Shown in pieces: positions 1-13,444 of a stretch of 64,000 nucleotides of DNA; within the stretch, counting starts at the first letter, position 1; each line of letters opens with the position of its first letter. The notes under the pieces were generated by a model that ran no database searches, was not told where the DNA came from, and was given only the letters and a program-made list of their open reading frames with translations. The position numbers and the translations under genes were made by a program. Source of the stretch: Octopus vulgaris (taxonomy: Eukaryota); the NCBI GenBank assembly GCA_951406725.2, contig OX597832.1:1364001-1428000 (forward strand), written 5' to 3'.

Positions 1-560
1 GCAACTGCAAGAAATATTGATGTAACCCATAATTTCTTTGTGGATGACCTCAAGATTTATGCAAAAAAATGTTAACAATGCCAAAAAACAACTGGAATCA
101 ATAACAACATTTTCAGCTGACATAAGAATGGAATTTGGCCTGAAGAAATATTCTTATTTAATTGTTGAATGGCGAAAATCAGTCTCCTGGATACAAAACC
201 TGTGCATCAATGGTCTCACCTTCTCCTGTCCCATGCAAAGAATGCTACAAGTACCTTGGCATTGATGAAAATATATCATACCAAGGTACTGTGAATAAAA
301 ATAGAGTGACTCAAGAATATTGCACCAGACTAAGAAAAATATAGCAGATCGAACTCTCTTCTTACAACTAAACAATATCCCATAATGCATTTGTAATGCC
401 AATGATGATTCTAACATTTGGGATACTTGACTGGTAAAAGAAATCCACTTCATAGACATTAAAACCCACAAGATTCTAACATCAAATGGAAATCAATGTA
501 AAACTAGTGATATTGACAAGCTCTAACCAAGAAGCAATTAAGGAGGTTTGTGCAGACAAG
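1..560 (+). mobile_element. Degraded non-LTR retrotransposon RT fragment, R4/Dong-like
   Basis: Broken frames give FFVDDLKIYAK, QLESITTFSADIRMEFGLKK, YKYLGI, Y..RLRKI and FGILDW, typical of the RT C-terminal region of R4-like elements; stops and frameshifts present. Confidence 0.6.
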
Positions 561-2084
561 CTTTGCATACACATACATACATATATGTGTATACATATAC
601 ATATACTTTTCCTCTAAACTAACATGTTTTAACATCAATTTCATCAATACATGGATAGCCAAGTCTTCTCCAGGACTTTGTGCTACCAACCATCTGAATC
701 CTTTATCATTTCCTCTCTGAGGTTTGACATCATGAGATTAGTTTTCATCATTTCATTGATATCTTCATGATGTGCTACATCATGTATTTTTAGATCTTCC
801 AAGTACAAAGAGAAAAATGTAAAAATATTAAGTAAATGAAATTTTAAAAAATATGAAAATACCTTGATTTGTTATACGTATAGCAGATTACTGCCAATCT
901 GAGGACTTTCTGTCACCAATCATCTTCATGACAGTACTACAAAAATGTATCAAGTAATGTAGATATGGTCTTTCTCTCTTCTTCTCTTTCTGTTTGTCTG
1001 TCAGACAGTTGTCTCTCTCTCTCCATTGCTCCTAGCTATGCATATTAAAGGATTTGAAACTCTGTTGCTGTATTTGAACTATTTTTTTCTGCTTGTATGT
1101 TGTAATGTATATTTTATTCCTTCATTTATAGTTTTTTCACATTGTGGAAATTATAAAAAGTCATACTGCAAGGGGATTGAAATTCCATTTGCCTAGGGTG
1201 CAAGTAAATCCAAGAGCTAACCTTGCTTATAATATAGCTAAAACCCAGCAAAATTATTCACATACCTGTGAAAACAGCAAGTAAAATATTTTCATTGTAT
1301 TTTAAGCCGTATTTTTATGATATTCTTTATATTTTTTGTTTCATACTATTTATTGAAGTACTGGTTTTGATCCCTATACTCGCCATACAGTCATAAACTT
1401 ACTTAGCTCTTCAACACTCAAAGGATTTGGCCTAGTTTTTAATCAATCTTCTATCCAAAGAATCTCGTCTACTCAAACAGAAAGTGATGCAAGAAAGTAA
1501 GTATTGAATGATAAGATTGTAAACTTGAGAGTGATAGTAGTTTCTTACACATGTACAAAGCTGCAGATTTTAGTGCATTGTAGGGAAAAGTTGATCAAAC
1601 CATCTCCAGTTTTCAACTGGAATTTATTGATCAAACCCAGAAAAGTGAAAATCACAGTTGATTTGTGTGAAATGTAAATTTATAAGGTAGTAGAACATAA
1701 TGAAATACTCCACATATTTTGGTTAGTCTGCTGTTGATTCTGTCACACTACTGCATTAAAAACACTTATTAATAGCTTAAAATTTGTAATATTTAAGAAA
1801 TTAGAAAGTAGGAGAGAGGAACTCTCGTATTGAGAGGATTTATATTTTGAATAATAAGAGCATAATTAAAGACCAATTTTTTCTTTTTAAGCAACTAGAT
1901 ATATAATTGACTTAAACAGTCTCCAATTACTATTGCATATTTTATCAATTCTAGAGAAGTTCAACAAAGATTTAACTTTGGTAAGACTGGCACTCACAAA
2001 CTATCAACAAACTCATAAACTGGAACTCACAAACTATATCTTAATGTGAATACCATTGATAACAAATTTCAGGTTAGAATAAAA

Positions 2085-3323
2085 AAAAAAAAATCTGGTG
2101 ATTGGAGAAAGTAAAACACATAGGCAGATCATGTAAAAGCATATCAGGTGACATCAAAATAGTAGAATTTAACAGAAAATGGCCTGCATAAAAGAAAAGT
2201 TGTATTATTTGTTGACAGTTGTTGCCCCGTCTAACTGTTGTGTACCTTAATCAAATCAAACCCAAAACTAATGTGCCTTTTATTAAATGCACCATCATTA
2301 ATGCAGCCATTGTAAAAGCTTTCAGATTCCTTTATAGAAGTCATTGGGTCAGAAAGACGATTCTTGACACTAATGGTTATCCAGAAATGAAAGCAAATGA
2401 CTTTGTTAAGAAAATCACATTACTTGATGCTATTCACCTAATCACAAAATTGTTGAACAGTCATAAGACTTCCACAATCATCAAGTGTTTAAAGAAAGCA
2501 GCTGGTTTTACAGCTGTAGATGTGCCACCTACTGAAGAAGATGTTACAATTTCTTCCACTATATTGCATTGGCTGCTTTGTGTTGCTTTCTTCATTTTTA
2601 CCAGAGAAGTTTAGTTCATGTGATGTAAAAGTGTTAAGCTCCATCATAAATATGTCTTCTAAACTAAAATAACATTCTACCTGCATAAACTGCAAAAAAT
2701 CTTTTTAATAGTTATTTATTAAAAGAAATTATTACAGATCAATTATTTATCATCATCATCATTGTTTAACGTCTGTCTTCCATGCATGCATGGGTAGGAT
2801 GGTTGAAAGGAGCCAGCCAGGTAGAAAACTACCCTAGGCGACTGTATCTGTTTTGGCAGGGTTTTTACAGTTGGATGTTCTTCCTAACACCAATCACTCT
2901 GCAGAGTGGACTCAGTGCTTTTTATGTGGCACTAGTACAGGTGAAGTTAGTTTTGGCATGATTTTTACAGCTGGACACCCTTCCAAATGCCACCCACTTT
3001 ACAGTCAATCTGTGATGATTTTACAATGCCTTAAACAAATAAATTATTATTTCCTGTTGCTTCAAACTACAATTTTTACAGATTTAAAACAAAATAACAC
3101 AAAATATATTTTGTGTTACAATATATTGTATTCTTGTTTTATCATGTAATCCATACAATTGCAACATAAACACAATATCTTACTACTGAAAATGCACTGA
3201 AATCTTGGAATTTATAATTTATTTTGTGAATTGTTTATTGCATACTTCAGTTAATTGTATACTTTAGTTAGTTGCATTCGAATTTCAGTCACCAAGACTA
3301 TGTAATTTAGTAGGAATCACCTG
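2085..3323 (+). mobile_element. Pogo/Tigger-like DNA transposon relic, interrupted by an RTE 3' end
   Basis: LVIGESK, RKVVLFVD and ITLLDAIHLI...TIIKCLKKAAGF resemble the pogo DDE domain; putative right end ...CACCTG|TA at 3323. Confidence 0.6.
2750..3005 (-). mobile_element. RTE LINE 3'-end fragment
   Basis: (CAT)n followed by gtttaacgtc...ttccatgc is the reverse complement of the RTE tail at 56500-56641. Confidence 0.75.
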
Positions 3324-3694
3324 TATTATCTTTTGAGAAGTGAGAAATAAATGCAAATTGCAAAAGTATCCTTTTTAGATGGCAAGCACAAAACCATTTG
3401 TAAAATGTAAAATAAGATTGATAATGTTCATGTCTTGCTCTTGTGTTTTTCATTTCTGATAATAGGTTTGATTACTGGGTTGTAGGCAATTACTTGTAAG
3501 CAAGGACAACACTTTAAAATATAAAGTATGAAATAAAATTTGAATTCATGTTTAACTACATTGTTTGTGTGTTCAACATTTCTCTCCTGCCTCTTGCACA
3601 TATTCATTAATTTAAGAGAAAAAGATGGACAAGAAAGAAAATGACTTACACTAACAGGACTGTAAATATTCTAGTTATTTAATTTCTCTTTCAG

Positions 3695-3830
3695 AATATT
3701 GTGGATTACTGCTCCCATATTTTGTTTAACAACCATGTTTGCTATCCTTCTGGGAGTTATTGCCTTTTCTTTCTTTCAAACCATTGGTTGTGATCCATTA
3801 GAAAGTAAAATAATAACAAACCCTAACCAA
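3695..3830 (+). CDS. SLC5 sodium:solute symporter (SMCT/SMVT/NIS-like, SLC5A8/12/6/5 group), internal exon A
   Basis: tttcag acceptor and gtaagt donor; encodes ILWITAPIFCLTTMFAILLGVIAFSFFQTIGCDPLESKIITNPNQ (transmembrane helix plus the CDPL...Q motif); ends in phase 0. Confidence 0.92.
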
Positions 3831-4334
3831 GTAAGTCTGATATTTTCTATATAATTAAAGATTTTTAATATAGAAGTAATGCCAATAATTTTTTGTGGGG
3901 AGGTGGGAGTTTATAGTTAATTTAACTCTGGCATTTGACTAGTACTTCTCTTATCAAACTTGGTACAATAAAATGCTTAAGCTTCAAAAAGCAAATGTTT
4001 CCACTGAGTGGGATCCATTCCATGACACAATCCAAGAGCTGGGGAAGTGTGAGTATCCCTACTTACACCTATGCAGACATAGTTGGCCTCATACATGAAT
4101 GGTGGAATTTCTACCCTCCATCCAAATCTATAGAACCAGAGCCATGAAATTTTATTGAGGAGACACTGACTATATCTAGTTAGAACCTTGTAGAGGAGAT
4201 ACTAACTATATTAAGCTTCCTTATTACTATTTTTTAGTAAAAAGTACTTTCTACATTATTTAAAAAAAGGGGAAAAACAAATTTTCCAGACACTTAATGC
4301 ATAAAATTAGAAAAGCTGATTTTAAAAAGGCATA

Positions 4335-6662
4335 TATATAGAAAAAAGTGAAAGGGGTACAGTGAAATTGCCATGAGGAGTGGAATATCCAATGTTTCAG
4401 ATGTAATCCTTCGTCAACTGGTAGAGAAAAAGAGAAGCTGATGAAAAACAGAGTTTATCCTCTCCATTTGAAAAAACTGGCTGCAACTGATAATGGATGC
4501 AGAATAACACAGGCTACTAACATGAAACAGAAGTTATAGGAGAGGGTGCACCGAAAGGAGAAGGAAAAGAGTGATGGAGAGAGTGGAGGTAAGTAAATAC
4601 AGGAGTGTTGCAGAGAGAAGGTGGAAGGAGGATTAAAAAAGGTAAAAGAGAATTAAGAGGAGGTGAAAGGTTGAAAGGAAAAAGGTTCATTCACACCTGT
4701 CGAGACATAGTACCAAGATCAAATATGAGACATTGGTCCTTTCGTTTCCGAGAGAAGTGGTGTCCATGGTGCAAGGCCATGCCACACACTGATAAATCTG
4801 CAAAAGAATGATTCACAGAGTTGAAGTGGCTGGCGACAGGTTGGCCTGGCATACGTAGCATTATGCTTCTGATGTGTTCACAAAAGCGATCCACAAAGCA
4901 TTACCCTGTTTCTCCAATGTAAAGAGCACTGCAGAGTTTGCATGTGATGCAATATATGAGATTTGCCAAAGTGCAACAGAAGTGGTGTGTTATGTGATAT
5001 TGCTTCTTGGGCCCCTTGATGGTGGTAATATTGTTGTTGTAGGGACATGTGTTACATCGTTGGTGGGAACATTTAAAGGTTCCTGGTTGTGTGGAGCTGG
5101 GAGCTGTGAAGCTTCTGACAAGGACATTTCTAAGACTATTTCTAAGACTCCTATCTCAGGAGAGGTGGTGTGGGAAAGATAGGGGCAGTTATTGGGTCAG
5201 AAAGAAGAATTCAAAAGTATTGGGTTGAGTTTGTATTTTAGAGAGAGGATGGATGGGTGGTAGGTTAAAGAGAAGTGGAAGTGCATGAAGATGGTAGGAG
5301 AGCTGCAGTGTGGTTGATGGCTCAAGCTTGGTGGAGTGTTGGGTCAACAACTGATGGAGGATAGCTTTGATTCACAAAAAACTGTCTTATCGTTTTGCAA
5401 TGGGATCTAAAATCTGAGTTGATGCTAACAAAATTGTCAAAGGCAAAGAAATTGAGAGAATGGTATGGCAGATTTAATGTTTGGGGTGAGAGGAGAGTAG
5501 TGAAGGTAGGAGTGGGAGTCAGTAAGTTTATAGTAGACAGAGGTGGAGAGGTGGGTATTGTGTATTTTGATGGAGATATCCAGAAAGCAAACAGAAGTAT
5601 CAGATATGGTGTGGGTGATTCTCAAAGCTGGGTGAAAGGTGTTTACGAAAGAAATAAAATCATTGACCTACTGTCTGTTAAGGCTTGTGGCATTAATAGA
5701 GTCATCGATGTAACAGCCATACAGCTCTGGGATGGGTCCAGAGAAGTGAATAAATATTTGCTCTTCTATATAACCTACAAAGAGGTTGGCATAACTGCAT
5801 TCTTCTTTCTGACCCAATAACTTTCCCACACCACCTCTCCTGAGATAGGAGTCTTAGAAATAGTCTTAGAAATGTTCTTGTCAGAAGCTTCACAGCTCCC
5901 AGCTCCACACAACCAGGAACCTTTAAATGTTCCCACCAACGATGTAACACATGTCCCTACAACAACAATATTACCACCATCAAGGGGCCCAAGAAGCAAT
6001 ATCACATAACACACCACTTCTGTTGCACTTTGGCAAATCTCATATATTGCATCACATGCAAACTCTGCAGTGCTCTTTACATTGGAGAAACAGGGCAATG
6101 CTTTGTGGATCGCTTTTGTGAACACATCAGAAGCATAATGCTACGTATGCCAGGCCAACCTGTCGCCAGCCACTTCAACTCTGTGAATCATTCTTTTGCA
6201 GATTTATCAGTGTGTGGCATGGCCTTGCACCATGGACACCACTTCTCTCGGAAACGAAAGGACCAATGTCTCATATTTGATCTTGGTACTATGTCTCGAC
6301 AGGTGTGAATGAACCTTTTCCTTTCAACCTTTCACCTCCTCTTAATTCTCTTTTACCTTTTTTAATCCTCCTTCCACCTTCTCTCTGCAACACTCCTGTA
6401 TTTACTTACCTCCACTCTCTCCATCACTCTTTTCCTTCTCCTTTCTGTGCACCCTCTCCTATAACTTCTGTTTCATGTTAGTAGCCTGTGTTATTCTGCA
6501 TCCATTATCAGTTGCAGCCAGTTTTTTCAAATGGAGAGGATAAACTCTGTTTTTCATCAGCTTCTCTTTTTCTCTACCAGCTGACGAAGGATTACATCTG
6601 AAACGTTGGATATTCCACTCCTCACGGTAGTTTCACTGTATCCCTTTTACTTTTTTCTATAT
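4335..6662. mobile_element. Penelope-like retroelement with inverted duplication of its 3' region
   Basis: Minus-strand RT thumb (VCFLDISI...VYYKLTDSHSYLHY...AIPFSQFL) and GIY-YIG endonuclease (NLIYCITCKLCSALYIGETG...RFCEH...PVASHFN) present on both strands; arms 4335-5210 and 5799-6662 are reverse complements. Confidence 0.9.
6030..6308 (+). pseudogene. GIY-YIG endonuclease domain of the Penelope element
   Basis: ORF contains IYCITC..C...YIGETG and PVASHFN; mirror copy at 4691-4968 on the minus strand. Confidence 0.85.
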
Positions 6663-6720
6663 TTTTTCAAGTCTTGCTGATGCAGAGCTACACAAGATTC
6701 CTTGTAGTCTGCCTATATTT

Positions 6721-6757
<37 letters not shown>

Positions 6758-6909
6758 TATTATTATTATTGTCAGTTGTTCATTGACAAAACTATAACAT
6801 CTTCATGTCATCATTTTTTCTTTGCTAAATAGTATTAGATGGTTGCAAGTCCTTACTGAACAGTTTTATTCCAGAGATTTTCTTCTCCTAGATGGATTAT
6901 CTTTATTAC

Positions 6910-7155
6910 ATCTGGTCACAGTTCATGTTTCACTAACATATAGCATTGCTGTTTGTACACATGCTTCACACAATCTATCTTTCATTCTGAGGGAGAAGAC
7001 TATGTTACCAATACAGGTAATAGCTCTCTGAATTTTCTCCAGCCAGTTCTTATCCTAATGACTGCTAAATAGTTCACCTTGGTAACTGAAACTATCTACT
7101 GGGCATTTGAAGCAATTCATTTCCTGCGTGTTCTTAGTGTTTACTGTTCTTGCAT
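6910..7155 (-). mobile_element. Old RTE LINE RT fragment
   Basis: Reverse complement resembles LSLRVKGRLYDACVRTAMLHGSETW of the RTE at 55590-55660. Confidence 0.7.
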
Positions 7156-7514
7156 TTCATTTTCAACATCATCTTCCATTTCCATAAAGGGTAGTCCACA
7201 ATGTAAGACATATTGTGCACACAACATTCACCCAATATGCTTCTATTTTTGATCTGTTTCCATTGCAAGGCTCGATTAAATCAAATATATTATCTGATTA
7301 GATCTAAGTTTTGCAATGTATTTTTTTTTGCAAAGCTCTTCTAATATGATAAGGATCTGTATCTGGATTTTTGTGATTTGAATATTCAATAAAATAGGAT
7401 AAACAACAATATACCATCATATCATCTTGCAATAATAGATAATAAAGAGAAAAAGTAGTGAAAATAGGTAGACATGAACATTTTAAATATTCTTTTCCAA
7501 TGATTTCTTTGTAG

Positions 7515-7603
7515 GTTATGCCACTTTTTGTGCTCAAACTTTTTCAAAACATGTCTGGTGTCACAGGTCTCTTTATAGCTTCTGTCCTCAGTGCTTCCTT
7601 GAG
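7515..7603 (+). CDS. SLC5 symporter exon B
   Basis: ttgtag acceptor and gtaagt donor; VMPLFVLKLFQNMSGVTGLFIASVLSASL(S) matches the GLF.A...SA.LST motif; phase 0 to 2. Confidence 0.93.
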
Positions 7604-8319
7604 GTAAGTTTGCAGTATATTATATATTACACGTAAAATTGATTTCTTTCAAGAACACTAGGTCAACTGTTGAAGATGAGTATATACTTGATTGAATCTA
7701 CTCAGTATATTTGGATCTTTTATTAATCCAGATAGAATGAGACACAAAGTGTACTTTAGTAGAATTTTGCAAGAATGAGGACAAAACTAAATATTTTTAT
7801 GCAAGTTGTCCTGTGTTCTTACATTAATATATGTTTTAGTATAGCTTTCCTTAAAGTAGTAGATGTTTTGGATCACTAGTCTTATTTCCTGTATACTTAT
7901 TTGGTTATTCAAAGACCTATTCAAAAATATAGTGAATTAGAAAAATAGACAATATTTTTCTTATCTATGAACTGTTGGTGTTAACTGTTACATTGTGCAG
8001 ACCAGTCAATCCCCTGGCTGGAAAGGTGCTGATTGTGAACATGGTTGAATTAATTGTTATTTCTAATATCAAAGTGTCTGATGTGGAGGCTTGTTTCTTT
8101 CCGCTGGTTGAACATCAAGTTAGAATTGCCAACATTAAGTGCTGATTGGACGCCTGTCACTTTGCCAGGCTATTATTATTTCTTTATCAGGCCTTTCTTT
8201 GTTGGGTCATCAATTGTGGCACTTGAGTGTTTGGGTCATTGTTGGTTGGAATTAGTTAGCAGCATGTTGTCCCATAACAAACCAAACTTGAATTTTGGTG
8301 AAATACATTTTATTATAAG

Positions 8320-10200
8320 GGAAAGTTGCTGACCCATCAGGAATCACTGCTGAGATGCTTAAAATGTCTGGTGGAGTGAAACATGACCTGGCTACTAGTT
8401 AATCAGGTTGTCCATGAGGGTATCATTATAGCCAACTGCTACAAAGGCAAAGGTAAAGTCCAAGACAGAAATAATTACAGAGGCATCAAATTGCTGGACC
8501 AAGTGATGAAAGTTGTAAAAAGAATCATAGCTCAGTTAATTAGGAAGTTATTTAGTATAAATGAGATGCAGTTTGGATTTGGGCTATGGAGAAGCACTGC
8601 TGATACTATCTTCCTGGTGAGCCAACTGCAGCAAAAATACTTGGCCAAAAATAAACCTCTGTTTCTAACTTTTGTTGATATGGAGAAAGCCTTTGACAAG
8701 GTCACCCACTCCCTTATCTGGTGGGAAATGCAGAAGCTTTGAATAGATGGGTGGTTGGTGAGAGCTGTACAAGCCATGTACAGGGATGCTATCAGTCAGG
8801 TGAAAATCACCAATGAGTATAACAAGGAGTTTAGTGTACAAATAGGAATCCACCAGGGTTTGGTCCTTAACCCTCTCTTATTTATCATGATCATTCAAGC
8901 TATAACTGAAGAATTTAAGACTGGCTACCCTTGGGAGCTCCTCTATAGTGATGACCTTGTTCTTATTGCTGAATCACTACCAGAAATCGAGGAGAAATTT
9001 CAGGTATGGAAGCATGGACTGGAATCAAAGTGCCTTAGAGTTAATTTTGCAAAGGCCAAAGTATTGATAAGTAGGAAAGCAGACAATTCACAGGTCCCTT
9101 CAGGAAGATGGCCCTGCTTGATATGTAGAAAAAGTACTGGCAGAAACTCCATACAGTGTACTCAGTGCAAACTATGAATACTTAAGGGTTGCAGTGGTAT
9201 CACTGGATGACTAATGGAGAAAATAATCTTTACATGTAGCAGGTGTGCAGGTACATTAAACACCAGGAATGTACAAAAAATAGACTCCCTCATATGTCAG
9301 GGAGGATTCCTAGAAGTAGCAGACAGTTTCTGTTACTTAGGTGACCAAGTTAGTAATGGGGGAGGTTGTACCGAAAGCATTAGTACTAGAATAAGAATAG
9401 GCTGGATAAAGTTCAGAGAGCTACTACCTCTGTTAGTAATGAAGGTCCTGTCCCTCAGAGTGAAAGGCAGATTGTATGATGCCTGAGTACAGACAGCAAT
9501 GCTACATGGCAGTGAGACATGGGCTGTGACTACTGAGGACATGCAAAAACTTGAAAGAAATGAAGCCAGTATGCTTCACTGGATGGGTAATGTCAGTGTG
9601 CATATACGACAGAGTGTAAGTGATTTGAGAGAAAAAACAGGGTATATGTAGCATCAGATGTAGTGTGCTGGTATGGCCATGTAATGCATATGAATGAGGA
9701 CAGTTGCATCAAGAGGTGTTGATCTCTAATTGTAGTGGGAATATGTGGAAGGGGTAGACCCAGGAAGATGTGGGACAAAGTGGTAAGAAAGGATCTATGG
9801 ACGTTGGGACTCAGAGGGAATGATGAGAGACTGAGACTCCTGGCAGTATGCTGTGCTTGAGAAGACCAATCAAGCTACGTAAAAGCATATTTGTCCTTGC
9901 ATATAGGCATGTCACCTGCATCCCTCTCCAGCTGAGCATTCCTAATCTTGCTGGCTTGTAGGTACTGGTGCCACATAAAAAGCTCCTGTACCAGTGCCAT
10001 GTAAACACACCTGTGCTGGTGCCATGTAAAAAACACCCAATACACTCTGTATTAGGAAGGGCATCTAGCCAAAGAAACCATGTCAAAATGGACATGAAAC
10101 CGGAGCAGTTCTTCAGCTGGCCAGCTCCTATCAAACTGCCCGATCCATGTCAGCATGGAAAATGGACATTAAATGATGATGACGCTGATGATGATGACAT
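8320..10200 (+). mobile_element. RTE-clade LINE, 5'-truncated and degraded
   Basis: NYRGIKLLDQVMK, QFGF, FVDMEKAFD, LLYSDD and the PHD-like WPCLICRK...CTQC; (GAT)n tail at ~10173-10198. Confidence 0.92.
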
Positions 10201-10344
10201 TAAACAGAAAAGTAGTTACCAATAGTGTATTCTAGAAGGCTAGACTCAAATGCAGCTGTAATTAAATTATGGATAAAAAAGATCAGTTTGATGTGAGAGG
10301 TAGGAATAGCATTTGCTCATCCAAACTGAAGAATGTTTGTTACT

Positions 10345-10755
10345 CCAGGCTGGCCCATGCTAGTAGGGGGCCAAGAGCACCATCCGAGTGTGATCGTTGC
10401 CAGAGCAGCCGAGTGGCTTCCATGCCGGTAGCACGTAAAAGGGCACCATTTGAGCGTGATCGTTACCAACGTCGCCTTACTGGCACTTATGCTGGTGGCA
10501 TGTGTAAAAGATTCAAGCGAGGTCATTGCCAGTACCGCCTGACTGGCCCCGTGCCGGTGGCACATAAAAAGCACCCACTACACTCTCGGAGTGGTTGGCG
10601 TTAGGAAGGGCATCCAGTTGTAGAAACTCTGCCAGATCAAGTTTGGAGCGTGGTGCAGCCATCTGGTTTGCCAGCCCTCAGTTAAAATCGTCCAACCCAT
10701 GCTAGCATGAAAAACAGACGTTAAATGATGATGATGAGGAGGAGGAGGAGGAAAG
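10345..10755 (+). mobile_element. RTE LINE 3' UTR fragment with internal tandem units
   Basis: Matches 56200-56641 (gttggcgttaggaagggcatccag...ccatgctagcatg...(GAT)n). Confidence 0.85.
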
Positions 10756-11762
10756 CTTGATGTTGTAAAGGCTGGTTGCTTATGCTTTGAAGGGCCACTC
10801 TCTCTTGTTGATTCTGGCAGGCTTTCACTTTTATAACTATAAAATTGCTGGAACCTCTAGAACCTCATAGAATGTTTTACTATATGGTATATTTCTGGCT
10901 AATAATCAGGACATATCACCTGATATGAGTATGGTCTTATACTAGTAACTGAAACTGTGAGGTTTCAATTCTAGGTCTTGCTACAATGTTGTCATTTCTG
11001 TTTCAGACACACTGACTGCCCCAGTCTGACACAAAAGTTAAAAAAGCACTCTATGCTTATACCTCCAACCATAAACCATAATGGCTTGAAGATTGCTTGC
11101 TTCTTGAACATGAATGTGTCTTTCAGGACCTGGAGGATCTTTCCCAACACTGAACCCAGAAGAAGTGGGCTATGTTCAAGAAATTAGCAATCCATAGCCA
11201 AGAGAATCATTCTCTCAAGATGTCGAGAACATTCTCAGGATATCGAGAACATCATCAGGACAGTTTGACAGCTTAGCAGGTTGATGAGAGCTATTGGCAA
11301 GCAGGTCAAGCTGGTGAAATTCACTCTTTGATGTGTAGTGCATTAGGACATCAGGTACAAGTCCTACATAATGAAGAGAGGATAGTTGATGTTTGACAAG
11401 AGTCAGAAAACCATATAATTGTGTGGGCCTCAACTTCTGAGTTGTTCTTGGGTGGGTGACCAGCTGGTGGCCTAATTCTGCCAGTGATATGTTGGGCTGC
11501 TCTCATGGGCATGATGCGTGATATGGGTGAGTACCAATAGCTTTTGGCATGCATAAAGGAAGTCATCTGAATAGAGTCTTATTTAGGTAAATGGTCTACT
11601 TCTTTGATTATCTAATTGAATGTGTGTGCAATTTTTGTGAGAGTATATTTTTTTCCCTGTATTTTTTTTTGTTTAGAAATGTCCAGTGTACAACACACAC
11701 GCTTTGTGTGGTAAGGCTTCAACCAGTAATATAGCACATGATCAGCCAAGAGACTAAATATA

Positions 11763-11991
11763 TTATAATAAAAACCACATGTCATGTGAAATACAGATAC
11801 CCAGGGATTCCTGGTCGAAATATTAATTTATTTCGTCATATTTCAAGCTAATAAAAACGAGATAGTTTGTCAACTTCTTTGAATGCAGTTCACAAACTGT
11901 CTTGTTTTTACCATTTGAAAAATTGACAAAATAAATTAATATTTCGACCAGGAAACCTGTATTTCACATGACATGTGGTGTTTAATTATAA
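11763..11991. mobile_element. MITE-like element with ~65-bp terminal inverted repeats
   Basis: accacatgtcatgtgaaatacag...ttcctggtcgaaatattaatttattt is mirrored at 11929-11979. Confidence 0.7.
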
Positions 11992-12009
11992 AATGCATGC
12001 ATGCATGCA

Positions 12010-12170
12010 GGTATGTATGTATGTATGTATGTATGTATGTATGTATGTATGTATGTATGTATGTATGTATGTATGTATGTATGTATGCATGCATGTATGT
12101 GCATGTGTGTGTATGTATGTATGTGTGTGTGTATGTGTGTGTGTGTATGTATGTGTGTATGTATGTATGA
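12010..12170. repeat. (TATG)n/(TG)n microsatellite
   Basis: Directly visible. Confidence 0.98.
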
Positions 12171-12735
12171 ATGAATGCACTTTAATGCATACAAAACTGA
12201 GAAAAGCATCATCATTAGAGTAATATATCATCACGCCTCTTTATGCATGTTGAAACAAAATATGTGAAAGAAATATATCATTTGAATCACTGTTAATTGT
12301 ACCATTTAAAAATAAGGAGAAAAATCTGTGATACTGAATAGAGTGATGGGTATGCGTTAGTGGCTGGGAGAAGTGAAATGAGAGAGAGGAGAAAGATGAA
12401 AATGGGTTAAAGAAAGGAAATAGAAGAGGAAAACGAGAAATAGAAAAGAAAGCCGTAATTCATATTTTTAATGAATTATAAAATAATACACCATTAAAGT
12501 TTAACTATTATGTAAATGTTATATAAATAATCATTATATTTGCTCTAAAAAATATTATCAAACTTAGAGTGATCTCCCTTGTCCCATGCATCATGACATT
12601 TGCACTACTCGTCTATTCCTATAAATTTTTACAAAGCTATAATACTTTTACACTCATATTTTACGCTTTTATATCACTAAATTCTAATTCAAATTATTAT
12701 GTTATTCTTGTTCCTCAGACAACCCGTCCATCGTT

Positions 12736-12849
12736 AAGAAAAGAGGGAAAAGTAGAAGTACTATGTTTATTGAATGGTGATCAACTTTAGAAAGCTAAAG
12801 TTGATCACCATTCAATAAACAAAGTACTTCTACTTTTCCCTCTTTTCTT
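12736..12849. repeat. Near-perfect palindrome: 55-bp arms, 4-nt loop
   Basis: 12736-12790 versus 12795-12849, one mismatch. Confidence 0.95.
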
Positions 12850-13444
12850 TTCTCTCTCATACATTTTCTTTTCTCGTCTTTGCTCCTCTCTCTCCATTTC
12901 CCTAATAAATCCCTCTCCAATACTACCACATGTATCAAGCTGTCTTTCATTTCTAACAAGCATAACAACTAGCAACCCCTCAAATCAGTGACGGAGCTAG
13001 AAATAGCAGACAAATTTCTTGCTTTAAGAAAATGAAAGGATACAGGATAAAAGAAAAACAAAACAAAACCATCTTTGAAAATATATTAAACAACAAAATG
13101 CAGGATGGTCACAGCCAGAATGTCTTTAATAACAGGATCTCTTCCATCTGATGATGTTCAATCAACTGAATTATCTGTACTGGAATTAATATGTGAATGG
13201 GTGAAAATTCCATGTGGCCTTAACATAAATCTCAGGCACAGAATTAGTCTCAACATGTGATAAGGTTCGACGTTTTGAGCAATAAAATCCATGTAGCAGG
13301 TTTCTGTACAGTTACTGTCTACCCTATTTCAGGACTAACATCAACTCTAGGCTATAAAAAAAAATGATATTTGTCCAAAATACTGCACAATGACAGCAAA
13401 TCCAGGTTGCAACACTAAAAAATCTAGTCATACTGTAATGCTGT

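Noticed and set aside
794-831. Possible upstream SLC5 mini-exon IFQVQREKCKNI with AG/GT ends and compatible phase
   Set aside because: Only QVQR resembles the family motif and it is much shorter than the expected exon; probably chance, with the true exon upstream of the window
10980-11570. Possible restriction-like endonuclease region of a non-LTR element on the minus strand
   Set aside because: Only faint motif hints; cannot be supported without a profile search
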